A DNA stretch of 64,000 nucleotides from Nitrospirota bacterium (GTDB lineage: Bacteria > Nitrospirota > UBA9217): contig CAVTRN010000002.1 of assembly GCA_963737155.1 (NCBI GenBank), positions 2,368,001 to 2,432,000 on the forward strand, read 5' to 3'. A program made the position numbers and the translations under genes. The number at the start of each line of letters is the position of its first letter. Positions within the stretch are counted from its first letter, which is position 1. This document shows, in pieces, positions 20,989 through 29,805 of the stretch. Below the pieces are notes generated by a model. The model ran no database searches and was not told the origin of the DNA. It saw only the letters and a program-made list of their open reading frames with translations.

Positions 20989-22032
20989 ATGGCAAATTCC
21001 CAATACGACGAAAAGAACAAAATCACTATCAACCGGTCCTTTCTGCTGACCCTGGTGGCGGGAGCTTTTGCGCTCGGCATATTCATTGGCGCCGCAACAG
21101 GACTGTTCTCCCCTCTTCTGCCGGTTCAAGGTGAAGCTTTGTCGGATGGATCGGAAGGGACCTTCCGGTTTATCCGGACTTCGCTAGAAGCGAAGCATGC
21201 CGGCGAAAAGCGGACGACGAACCAGGAGCTGAAACCATTTCTGTACAAAGTCAACAGCCTAATCGAAAGCGACCTGAAAAATGACGATGTCGCATCCATA
21301 TCAGTATACTTTCGTGATTTGAACAACGGGAACCGGTTCGTCGCCGGAGAACATGATGCTTTCAAGGGTGAGAATCATCTTAAACTGCCCCTTATGATCG
21401 CCTATTTTAAATGGGCTGAATCAAATCCCTTTGTTTTACGCAAAAAACTGATCTTTAGCGTTAAACCGGAAACGGTGCAGCGCCACGAAACAACAATGAA
21501 GATACTTGAACCGGGGAGATCGTATTCTATCAACGACCTTATTTTCAGGATGATCGCTTATGACGATAATTCCGCTTATGCGATGCTATCGGCCAACTTG
21601 CCCGCAAATCGCATGGAAAAGATTCTCAAGGACCTTGATGGGGAATACGATCCGCAGAAGCCGAACAAGTCTTTGTCATTAAATGCCTACGCAGATCTCT
21701 TTCGGGTTCTCTTCAACGCTTCTTATCTATCTGAAGAAATGTCCGAAAAAGCGCTGCGTTATCTTTCGAAGACCGCCTTTAAAGACGGCATTGTATCAGC
21801 CGTACCGCCGAATGTCGACAAAGCCTTGGATTATGAGGTGGTGCCGATCAAGATTGCTAACGAGGGAGAGAAGAGCGATGTCCGCCAGTTGCAGGAGTTC
21901 GGCATTATCTATCATCAGAGTCGGCCCTTTCTCCTCGGGGTCATTGTACAGGGCAGCGATGACAGTCGTCTCAAAACAGTGATACGCGATGTCACCCAGT
22001 TGGTATACCGGGAAGTGGACCAGCAGTCGTGA
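20989..22032 (+). CDS. Membrane-anchored class A beta-lactamase-like (serine hydrolase fold) protein with degenerate active site
   Basis: ISVYFRDLNNG, LKLPLMIAY, MIAYDDN, FRVLFNASYLS, FGIIYH..PFLLGV match the beta-lactamase-like fold, but the SxxK/SDN/KTG motifs are substituted. Confidence 0.8.
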   Translation: MANSQYDEKNKITINRSFLLTLVAGAFALGIFIGAATGLFSPLLPVQGEALSDGSEGTFRFIRTSLEAKHAGEKRTTNQELKPFLYKVNSLIESDLKNDDVASISVYFRDLNNGNRFVAGEHDAFKGENHLKLPLMIAYFKWAESNPFVLRKKLIFSVKPETVQRHETTMKILEPGRSYSINDLIFRMIAYDDNSAYAMLSANLPANRMEKILKDLDGEYDPQKPNKSLSLNAYADLFRVLFNASYLSEEMSEKALRYLSKTAFKDGIVSAVPPNVDKALDYEVVPIKIANEGEKSDVRQLQEFGIIYHQSRPFLLGVIVQGSDDSRLKTVIRDVTQLVYREVDQQS

Positions 22033-22077
22033 TTCTTTTCTTTGCAAGCTATGAGTAAAGAGTCATGGGAAGTTTTG

Positions 22078-22236
22078 CTACGGCCGTCTGCTTCTTCGGG
22101 ACACTACCCGCATATCGATATGGCGTTCAGCGCCTGTCTTGCCAGTTTTTAATTCCTGATATGAGACGACGTCATTCGAAAAACCGTGCAGAACCTCATG
22201 GATAAGTATTGGGATGGTCCTGACAATGTTGGACAT
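22078..22236 (-). pseudogene. Remnant of a cation diffusion facilitator C-terminal domain
   Basis: Manual translation LIHEVLHGFSNDVVSYQELKTGKTGAERHIDMRVV resembles the CDF C-terminal motif (..YHDLRTRKAG..RHIDLHLVV). No TM part is present. Confidence 0.5.
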
Positions 22237-22352
22237 GGTGGAGCGTCAGGCTGCACTTACTTTTTTATTTACCATGGGAGATGTTCCTATTTTGAAGCGA
22301 GGATCAGAGGTCAGCGTCATTTTTCTCACGATACTCTTGCCGACTTAAAAAT

Positions 22353-22943
22353 TTATTCATTCTCAAAACACGGGATGCAGACAATCTTCCCGTTTTTTAA
22401 TCTTCCGCGAGATTCCATAAATTTTTCACCGCAGTTCGCGCACCTGACCGAGCCGCGAATCCTTGCTTCATGGGGAAGACCTGCGTTTGCCGGTGTAATG
22501 GTCAGGAATTCCTTTTCCTCCGCGTTAATAATTGCAGCGGCCTCCTCCATTTTGTACGCCTCCATGTCCTGCGATACGTTCTCACCGGCTTCCTGTCTCT
22601 TTTTCAGATCAGGGAAACGCTGATCACTTTCAAACCCGCGATAGTCTTCTGATATACGGATACCTTTTTTTGTCCTGCGATTATAGAAGGTGTAAATATG
22701 CTTACCGAAATCGCGAAATATCAGGTTTCCTTTACCAAACGTGCAGCCAGTAATGAATTGGATGGCATCGGCAGCACAGGAATCATTCTCCACAACGGCT
22801 ACGAGTTCCTCGTCCTGCGGACGGCCTGCCCCGAGTACCCGAAGCGCCGCTTTTGCCACGCGGTAGCCGAGGGCAAGCCCAGGGCAAAGATGGCCGTGGA
22901 ACTGGATCGCGTCACGAAGATCGTCATTGTTCATTACGTTCAT
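22353..22943 (-). CDS. FmdE-family protein with C-terminal zinc finger
   Basis: FHGHLCPGLALG, ENDSCAADAIQFITGCTFGKGN, CANC...CIPC. Confidence 0.92.
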   Translation of the reverse strand: MNVMNNDDLRDAIQFHGHLCPGLALGYRVAKAALRVLGAGRPQDEELVAVVENDSCAADAIQFITGCTFGKGNLIFRDFGKHIYTFYNRRTKKGIRISEDYRGFESDQRFPDLKKRQEAGENVSQDMEAYKMEEAAAIINAEEKEFLTITPANAGLPHEARIRGSVRCANCGEKFMESRGRLKNGKIVCIPCFENE

Positions 22944-22964
22944 GAAAAAACCTCCAGAGTCTTT

Positions 22965-24059
22965 TTATTTCCTCAATATCGATTTCGCAGCCAGGATAGC
23001 CTTTGCTCGTTTTAAATGGCCTTTTACCGAATCATTATTTGTAATGGCAAGATATATCTCCTTTGCAACCTCCTCCTCGCCGGCCGCACTCGCCTTGCCG
23101 GCCCACTCAAGGTAGCTCTCCGTATGGCTGTCGCCATGCTCAATCCAGTGTTCCAGCATGATCTGCATTTTTTTCAAAAGCTCATCTTCATGTCTGTGCT
23201 CGTTATCATGCTCATGACTATGGTGTTTGCTATTGTCGTGCATCGTGCCTCCCGTCAAGTGAATGTGCCCGTAGTGACCGTGCCGGTGCACATGGGCTGA
23301 TTTTCCGTGGTAGTGAGCGTGCTCGTGGATCAGATTAACTTTGAGCAATAATTCATCGTTTTGAATAATGTCTCCGAAATCTCCGTCCGCAGCAATGGTG
23401 TGATCCTCCGAAAAGACCACTGCGCGGTCAGCGATATCGCCCGCAATAGACAGGTCGTGTGTCGCCGAAATTATCGTTTTCCCACTCTCGTGCAGTTCGT
23501 GCAGCACCTCGATGAGCCAGACCTGCGTCCGGGGATCGAGGCCATTCGTCGGTTCGTCGAGCAACAGCACGTCGGGATCGGTTGCCAGGCTCGATGCAAT
23601 AGCCACTTTCTTTTTCTGCCCGTCGGAAAGCATGTAAGGAGCACGGTCGCGAAGATCGGTGATCCGAAGCGTTTCGAGCTGCCGCTCCACAATATCGCGG
23701 ACCATCTCCGGAGTCAGACCGAGCTGCAGGGGGCCGAATGCAATTTCGTCCCAGACCGTTGACGAGAAGAGTTGCACATCGGGATTCGAAAATACAAAAG
23801 CAACTCGTTTTCTGAAATCCATCGAGAACATCCGGTCTTCAAGGCTATTCTCGGTCAGCGGTTTTCCAAAAGCATGAATTGTTCCTGATCGAGGAAATAC
23901 TAGCCCGTCGAGCAGGGAAAGCAGCGTGGATTTGCCCGTGCCGTTTGCTCCGAGTATCACGGTACGTCCGCCGAGCGTAAAATCTGCAGTCAGATCGTTC
24001 AGGACGGGGGTTCCGCCGGAATAGGAGTAGACAATGTTGCGCAGGCTGAAGACATTCAT
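22965..24059 (-). CDS. Nickel/cobalt ECF transporter ATPase (NikO/CbiO) with His-rich linker and extra C-terminal helical domain
   Basis: GANGTGKS, LSDGQKK, LLLDEPT, ATHD, followed by HEHAHYH..HVHRHGHYGH and an EHWIEH..H..SY.EWA domain. Confidence 0.9.
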   Translation of the reverse strand: MNVFSLRNIVYSYSGGTPVLNDLTADFTLGGRTVILGANGTGKSTLLSLLDGLVFPRSGTIHAFGKPLTENSLEDRMFSMDFRKRVAFVFSNPDVQLFSSTVWDEIAFGPLQLGLTPEMVRDIVERQLETLRITDLRDRAPYMLSDGQKKKVAIASSLATDPDVLLLDEPTNGLDPRTQVWLIEVLHELHESGKTIISATHDLSIAGDIADRAVVFSEDHTIAADGDFGDIIQNDELLLKVNLIHEHAHYHGKSAHVHRHGHYGHIHLTGGTMHDNSKHHSHEHDNEHRHEDELLKKMQIMLEHWIEHGDSHTESYLEWAGKASAAGEEEVAKEIYLAITNNDSVKGHLKRAKAILAAKSILRK

Positions 24060-24934
24060 CCGTGGAACAAGATCCTCTCAAAAAAAAGTAGTACACAACC
24101 AAAACCGACCACAGCCACTAGCCACAGGTAGTCAATCAACCTTGCATGGAACCGCTCTATATAGCGGAACTCGCCATGAAATCCGCGAGAGAGCATTGCT
24201 CTGTAAACATTCTCGCTCATATCCATGGATTTTTTAAACGTAATACCAATACGCGATGCAGTCCAGTTCCTGTCATTGGCCACGGAAAGTGGCCTAATTG
24301 TCCGGCTCTTCCTCGCGCGGTACATGTCCTGGATCAGCCGCAAAAAAACAAAGAGGTACCGCTCAGTCATGCTGAGCGTCATGACGAATATCCTTGGCAC
24401 TGCAAGCGCACGAAGGCCGGAGAATGCCACGGTCCACCTGGTCGTGAGTGTGAACAAAATGGCGAAAGAAACCGACGTTGCCACCCGGGAAACAAAGGTG
24501 ATCGAGCCCCACAGCCCCTGGCGGGTAATTGCAATTTTCGCTGGGATGACATAGGGTCCCCATGAATGGGCACTGTTCAGTTTGAGAAGTATCCATATCG
24601 GCTCTCCCGGAGTCACGATATTCAGCATTGCAGGTAGAACTACAGCGGCCGAGAAAAGCGGGACGAAGAGCCAAACCCTCTTCTGTAGAAACAGGATCGG
24701 CACCCGCGAGGCCGCTGCTAGCGCCAGACTCAGGCCGTACATGATCCACAGAGCACGGGTTGAATGGAAAGTACTGGTCAGAATGATGAGGGAAAGAAAA
24801 CCGAAAAGCTTGATGCGGACGTCGATCCTCTGGAGCAAGCCCTCCTTCCGGGCGTAGGCCTCGGAGAATAGGGATTGCTCCGCTATCTTCGCGACCGCCA
24901 ACAGGGACTTGTCTAAGAAATTCGTTTTTGACAA
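24056..24934 (-). CDS. ECF transporter T component (NikQ/CbiQ)
   Basis: LLQRIDVRIK, TERYL..., ARKSR, VYRAMLSRGF. Confidence 0.92.
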   Translation of the reverse strand: MSKTNFLDKSLLAVAKIAEQSLFSEAYARKEGLLQRIDVRIKLFGFLSLIILTSTFHSTRALWIMYGLSLALAAASRVPILFLQKRVWLFVPLFSAAVVLPAMLNIVTPGEPIWILLKLNSAHSWGPYVIPAKIAITRQGLWGSITFVSRVATSVSFAILFTLTTRWTVAFSGLRALAVPRIFVMTLSMTERYLFVFLRLIQDMYRARKSRTIRPLSVANDRNWTASRIGITFKKSMDMSENVYRAMLSRGFHGEFRYIERFHARLIDYLWLVAVVGFGCVLLFFERILFHG

Positions 24935-24962
24935 TAACGCACCGGCTGATCGTATTGGATTG

Positions 24963-25298
24963 TTATTCTTTCTTCTTGCGAACCATCAATCTTGTCAAAA
25001 GATACATCATTCCTGCTGCAAAGGCAACGCCGATGATTGCTGAAACAATGTATCCTATACTCTGGCTGCCCAGTGCCTCGCTCTGCCCGGGAAGCCCATA
25101 ATCGGGCAGTGGCGCGTTCCACCGTTTTCCTATATGTTTCATGCCCTCGGGAACAAAGCCCGCCAACTTTTCAATTTTGTCAAGCCCCCACTCACCCCAC
25201 GCTCCTTCCGCGTTGAACAGCTTTGGCAGTATGATTCCGAGGGGCGACACGATCACTAAGATACCGACAGTGATCCACAATTTTTTCAAGTTAGACAT
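24963..25298 (-). CDS. PDGLE-domain ECF accessory component (NikN-like)
   Basis: SPLGI, AWGEWG, WNAPLPDY, two TM helices; lies between the M and Q components. Confidence 0.85.
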   Translation of the reverse strand: MSNLKKLWITVGILVIVSPLGIILPKLFNAEGAWGEWGLDKIEKLAGFVPEGMKHIGKRWNAPLPDYGLPGQSEALGSQSIGYIVSAIIGVAFAAGMMYLLTRLMVRKKKE

Positions 25299-25340
25299 AG
25301 TTCATCGCGTTGTTGCTCGGTGTAATTTCCGCCTGTATTA

Positions 25341-26012
25341 TTAAACGCCAAGCATGGACGGATCGCTCTTCTGAAAATATTTTACCACGAGCGCTGTCAC
25401 CAGGGCTTCGGCAAAACCGAAAACCATCAGATGTTCTATTACCATCGCCGGCACCGCAACACTCAGCGGAAAGGGTGAATAGAGGGGCTGTCCGGCAGGG
25501 GTCTTTTCAAGCAGGGGCTGAATCCCGAACTCTATACCGGCAAAAAGGGCGGAAAGGTTCAAACTGATATACGCAGCAATCGCGGCTGCAACCCAACGCC
25601 TCGCGCTTTTAATATCCGAGCCAGCCGCTATGAGCCGGTACATGCCGTATCCCGCCAGACAGCCGATGACTCCCATGTTAAAGCAGTTTGCACCAAGTGC
25701 GGTGATGCCCCCATCACCGAACAGCAGGGCCTGAATAATCAGTGCGACCGACACGGCAATCATCGCGGCCCAAGGTCCCAGCAGTATGGCGATCAATGTA
25801 GCTCCCGTTGCATGGCCCGTCGTTCCTCCCACGATGGGAACGTTAAACATCATGATGACGAAGCTAAATGACGCGCCGAGGGCAAGATAAGGTACTTGCC
25901 TCGTCTTGAGCGTTTTGTTCAGTTTCCGTGCTGCAATTGCCCAGAACGGGATAGTAACGGCATACATTGTGCCGTACGTGGTGGGGCCCAGATACCCGTC
26001 TGGAATATGCAA
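25341..26012 (-). CDS. ECF nickel/cobalt S component (NikM/CbiM)
   Basis: The N-terminus MHIPDGYL is obtained if TTG at 26012 is the start (AAGGAG SD 6 nt upstream). Also GGTTGH and QALLFGDGG. Confidence 0.93.
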   Translation of the reverse strand: MHIPDGYLGPTTYGTMYAVTIPFWAIAARKLNKTLKTRQVPYLALGASFSFVIMMFNVPIVGGTTGHATGATLIAILLGPWAAMIAVSVALIIQALLFGDGGITALGANCFNMGVIGCLAGYGMYRLIAAGSDIKSARRWVAAAIAAYISLNLSALFAGIEFGIQPLLEKTPAGQPLYSPFPLSVAVPAMVIEHLMVFGFAEALVTALVVKYFQKSDPSMLGV

Positions 26013-26138
26013 CATTTTCTCCTTTGCAAACTCGTTTTTTCCCTGGTTCTGGAAGGCTGAAACTGACCGTTTTTTTGTACACTCTCGGACCACGACATCC
26101 GCTGATAAGAACCATGCATATCATCAGCGAGGTTTTTA

Positions 26139-26195
26139 GTGTTACGAATAATAATTAAGTAGTTAGAAGTGTTACGTTTTTTATTTTTGTAACAC
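26139..26195. promoter_or_regulatory. NikR operator(s) upstream of the ECF operon
   Basis: Perfect palindrome GTGTTAC-N13-GTAACAC at 26169-26195, plus a degenerate copy GTGTTAC-N13-GTAGTTA at 26139-26165. Confidence 0.85.
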
Positions 26196-26328
26196 AACAG
26201 AAGGCAACTGTCAAGCGGATTTTAATCACCGCGGGCTAGGCTGTCTATAGAACGACCAGCGGATTATTAAGAGAAACAGGAAGGTCAACGTCCGGCCCTT
26301 CCCGAGCCAGACAGTCTGCAGGCACTGG

Positions 26329-27093
26329 TTAAAACCTCAACGCCGCACCGGCAAGCGTCGTATAATCAGTGATATCGTCGAGCCCTACCCGGACAGCAAG
26401 ATCAACATACCAGGATTTTGAGATATCGTATTTAAAACCGGCCATGTACGTGAAAGGGCGCATCTCGTGATCGACATCCCTCCCTCTCCGGTCCTCACCA
26501 TTCAGTTCAGTCAGTAGGTGGAAGGTCTCCGTAAGTTTATGTTCTAGAGCAAAGCCGAACTGGATCATGAAATCCTCGTCGAAATGACGTTCCTTCAAAT
26601 CTCCGGCAAAGGATTCATAGCCCAGGCTCACATGATAAATAGTGTTGCAGCATCCCTGTTGATCTATTAACTTGAATCCGGTAACAAACTTATTCGTTCC
26701 AAGCCCCTGATCGCTCTTGCCCGTTGGCATGCGGGTATACAACTCGTATCCGAATGACTGGTTTACCTCGTTTTCATAGATCCGCTGCTTGAGATCGAAT
26801 TGAATGTCACCGAGGCCATTGGCATTCCTGTCTGTGATTGGGCTCGGATTAAGGTAAAGATACGGCACATCGAGGGACAGGTCCAGGTTGTTGATCACAC
26901 CCCCGTGCAGGATGGTGGAATATGCGAACTTTTCCAGACCGCTGTCTTTTGTGAAGTCACCGTTCATTTCGAGCAAAAAGTTGCCTGCGCCCTGTGTGTC
27001 AGTATCCTCCACATGGAAAGGATGGACAGCCCAGACAGTTACCGGGGCCAGAACGAACATCCCGACAATCCATCCCATGATCACGGTGCGCAT
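26329..27093 (-). CDS. Putative outer-membrane beta-barrel channel
   Basis: Signal peptide ending VWA, amphipathic beta-strands, GLGDI and PTG motifs, C-terminal Phe (ALRF). AGGAG SD before MRTV. Confidence 0.75.
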   Translation of the reverse strand: MRTVIMGWIVGMFVLAPVTVWAVHPFHVEDTDTQGAGNFLLEMNGDFTKDSGLEKFAYSTILHGGVINNLDLSLDVPYLYLNPSPITDRNANGLGDIQFDLKQRIYENEVNQSFGYELYTRMPTGKSDQGLGTNKFVTGFKLIDQQGCCNTIYHVSLGYESFAGDLKERHFDEDFMIQFGFALEHKLTETFHLLTELNGEDRRGRDVDHEMRPFTYMAGFKYDISKSWYVDLAVRVGLDDITDYTTLAGAALRF

Positions 27094-27150
27094 ATACGTT
27101 CTCCTGCCATTTATCTTCATAGAAGACAGCTTCCTTATCCTAATCCATTT

Positions 27151-27570
27151 TCAAACAAGTTCTTTTCCCGTCGTTGTTGTGGTGAGTTTGCCATGTTTGA
27201 CTCCCCGGGTTCCGATCAGGCGGTCCGCAATTTTTCTGATCTCGCTGCTTTTCCCCTTCACAACGAGGACCTCGAGACAGTTATGCGCGTCAAGGTGAAC
27301 ATGAAGCGCCGAGATGATCTGGTGAAAGGATTTGTGCTGCATATCCGTAAGCGCATGGTCAAGCTCCCTCGTATGATGGTTATAGACGAGCGTGATCGTA
27401 CCCACCGTTTCCCGTTCCTCGTTCTCCCATTCCTGTTCGACTAGGCTGTCGCGGATCATGTCACGAATTGCTTCAGAGCGGGTAGTATACCCTTTCCTCG
27501 CAATGAGCGCATCAAATTTCATGATCAATTGGCTATCAATCGAAACGCCAAAACGTGTTATTTCTGACAT
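27151..27570 (-). CDS. nikR: Nickel-responsive transcriptional regulator NikR
   Basis: RFGVSI ribbon-helix-helix, [23 protein letters not shown]. Confidence 0.97.
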   Translation of the reverse strand: MSEITRFGVSIDSQLIMKFDALIARKGYTTRSEAIRDMIRDSLVEQEWENEERETVGTITLVYNHHTRELDHALTDMQHKSFHQIISALHVHLDAHNCLEVLVVKGKSSEIRKIADRLIGTRGVKHGKLTTTTTGKELV

Positions 27571-27579
27571 AAAGCCTCC

Positions 27580-27606
27580 GTGCTACAATTCGAAAATAAG
27601 TAGCAC
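27580..27606. promoter_or_regulatory. NikR operator (autoregulation)
   Basis: Perfect palindrome GTGCTAC-N13-GTAGCAC 10 nt upstream of the nikR start, with the same geometry as the site at 26169. Confidence 0.85.
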
Positions 27607-27744
27607 ACTTACGCAGCTCCTGTCAAGGTAATTTCTCGGGAATCCATATTAAACTTGACAAACCCGTGCTCCTTTGATACGTTTTTAAAAACTGATGAAG
27701 CATCATCACTTATTCGCGAACCATTTCGTTCGAGGAGATTGCCA

Positions 27745-28521
27745 ATGAAGAGAGAGTACCATTATGCTGCATACTTGCTGGTTCTTTCAATGCTCGTGAT
27801 CCCCTATAAAGCTTTTGCATTTATCGGTGTTGAAGCGAGTGTAGGAGGCTGGAGGCAGTCTCCTACAGGTACGTTGGAGTACCAGGGTGACTCTCTCGAT
27901 CTCAAAAATGATCTGAATCTCAGCAACAAAAACCAGGTTTTCGCACGCTTGAAGGTAGAGCTTCCGCTGATCCTGCCGAACATCTACTTGATGGCAACAC
28001 CGATGTCATTTGACGGCACCAAGCAGTTATCAAGACAAATAACTTTTGGAAACACGACATTTGATACCACTGCCCCGATCCAATCAAAACTCCAAATGGA
28101 TCAATACGATTTGGCGTTATACTATCCGATTCCCTTTTTGAAAACAGCGACGCTTGGAAAACTCAATGTCGACCTCGGCCTGAACGCCCGGCAAATCAGG
28201 TTTGATGGTTCTATAACCGAAACGGTTCCAGATCTGATGACAGCAACTGCCTCCAAGAGTGTCACCTTTTATGTACCAATGATCTATGCCGGTGTCCAGG
28301 TGAAACCCCTTTCAGAGTTCAGTATCGAAGCTGAAGTCAGAGGAATAACCTACGGATCAAACCATTGCTACGATTATATAGGCAGGCTCAAATTAATGCC
28401 GATCGGGCCGCTCTTTATCAGCGGAGGTTACCGGTACGAGGTTGTAAAAATCGATCAGAGCGACATTAGGGCCGACGCCACTGTCAGCGGTCCCTTTATT
28501 GAAGCAGGCGTAAATTTCTAA
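27745..28521 (+). CDS. Outer-membrane beta-barrel protein (TIGR04219-like)
   Basis: Signal peptide (AFA), GAGGAG SD, LPNIYL, D.ALYY, GGYR, C-terminal Phe. Confidence 0.75.
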   Translation: MKREYHYAAYLLVLSMLVIPYKAFAFIGVEASVGGWRQSPTGTLEYQGDSLDLKNDLNLSNKNQVFARLKVELPLILPNIYLMATPMSFDGTKQLSRQITFGNTTFDTTAPIQSKLQMDQYDLALYYPIPFLKTATLGKLNVDLGLNARQIRFDGSITETVPDLMTATASKSVTFYVPMIYAGVQVKPLSEFSIEAEVRGITYGSNHCYDYIGRLKLMPIGPLFISGGYRYEVVKIDQSDIRADATVSGPFIEAGVNF

Positions 28522-28717
28522 TCTTTTCACGTAATATAAGACCCTTCACAAACCCACAACCGTAAACCGCTGGTTTTTTGTTTCCTTGCTTCTTCCTCTT
28601 GCTACTTGACTCTCTGTCCTTCAGAGTTTGGCCTTGTTGCTTGCTCTTCTCTTTTTTCCACCTCACCATGCTACTTATCCGTTGCCCCATCTCCCGGCTT
28701 TATGTTATATTCCCTTC

Positions 28718-29503
28718 GTGGAAACGAAGAGAGACACGCCGGTGATCAAAGTAACCGGCAATGCAGTTGAAGGAGTCATTGACGAAGTTGCGTCGGAGCT
28801 CCCAATCAGGCTCGTCCTGAATGGTGAACCACTCGTGACACTTTTGTGCACACCTTCAGAACTTGAGGAACTAGCCATCGGATTTCTCCTTTCCGAAGGA
28901 CTGCTCCGCAGTCGATCGGCAATAACAAAACTAGATGTCGATGAACGGGAAACTACGGTGCGCATCAAACTTACCGGTCTTCCCCCTGACTTTTCCAGAC
29001 TCTTCGAGAAGCGTACCATTTCGTCCGGCTGCGGAAAGGGCGTGACCTTTACCCAGTATCGGATGGAAACGGACGGCAGAATTCAAGTCAAGGAACCGCT
29101 CATGACACTCGACGATGTCAGGCGGTTGCTCAAAAACTTCAGGGACATCTCAGCTCTCTACCTGGAGACCGGTGGGGTTCACAGTGCCGCTCTTTCAGAT
29201 GGCAAGGAAATCCTTTTCTTTTCCGAAGACATCGGCAGACATAACGCCGTGGACAAGCTTATTGGCAAGGCATTCCTGAAATCTGTCTCCGTAGAAAATA
29301 AAATCTTGCTTACCAGCGGCAGAGTTACTTCTGAAATCATGACCAAAGCGGGCAGAAACCGTTTCCCTATCCTCGTCAGCCGCGCCGCACCGTCTTGCAT
29401 GGCTATTAGCTACGCCGAGGACATGGGAATTACGCTGATTGGATTTGCCCGGGGGGACCGCATGAACATCTATACATGGCCAAAAAGAATCAAGCTCGTC
29501 TGA
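28718..29503 (+). CDS. fdhD: Formate dehydrogenase accessory sulfurtransferase
   Basis: SSGCG, TGGVHSAA, EDIGRHNAVDKLIG, TSGR, GFARG. GTG start at 28718. Confidence 0.95.
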   Translation: METKRDTPVIKVTGNAVEGVIDEVASELPIRLVLNGEPLVTLLCTPSELEELAIGFLLSEGLLRSRSAITKLDVDERETTVRIKLTGLPPDFSRLFEKRTISSGCGKGVTFTQYRMETDGRIQVKEPLMTLDDVRRLLKNFRDISALYLETGGVHSAALSDGKEILFFSEDIGRHNAVDKLIGKAFLKSVSVENKILLTSGRVTSEIMTKAGRNRFPILVSRAAPSCMAISYAEDMGITLIGFARGDRMNIYTWPKRIKLV

Positions 29504-29805
29504 ACCGTTTTTTAATCGCGCCAACCCCGCCCTTAGGAATCACAAGTTAAGGCATCGCATCCATTATCCCACTTGTGCAGAAAGCTGGCGTTGTAGGGAA
29601 CAAGCCCGGTTTGCAAGTCGAAAACGGAATCCTAGTTTATATCTCGTCCGCGTATGTCGTGATCTACCTGGCTAAATCCGCTTGAGTCTGGAGAGTTCGC
29701 CTGCACGCTTTACTCCTATTGAAATATCGACCGGATTCTGTTATCTTTGTTGCTCAAGTTCCTCTGGTTGGAAAGTCCGCTTTTAATTTTGTTTGAAGGA
29801 GGCAT

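Noticed and set aside
29560-29690. Possible PIN/VapC toxin remnant (ISSAYVVIYLA)
   Set aside because: The similarity is too short and weak to support by eye.
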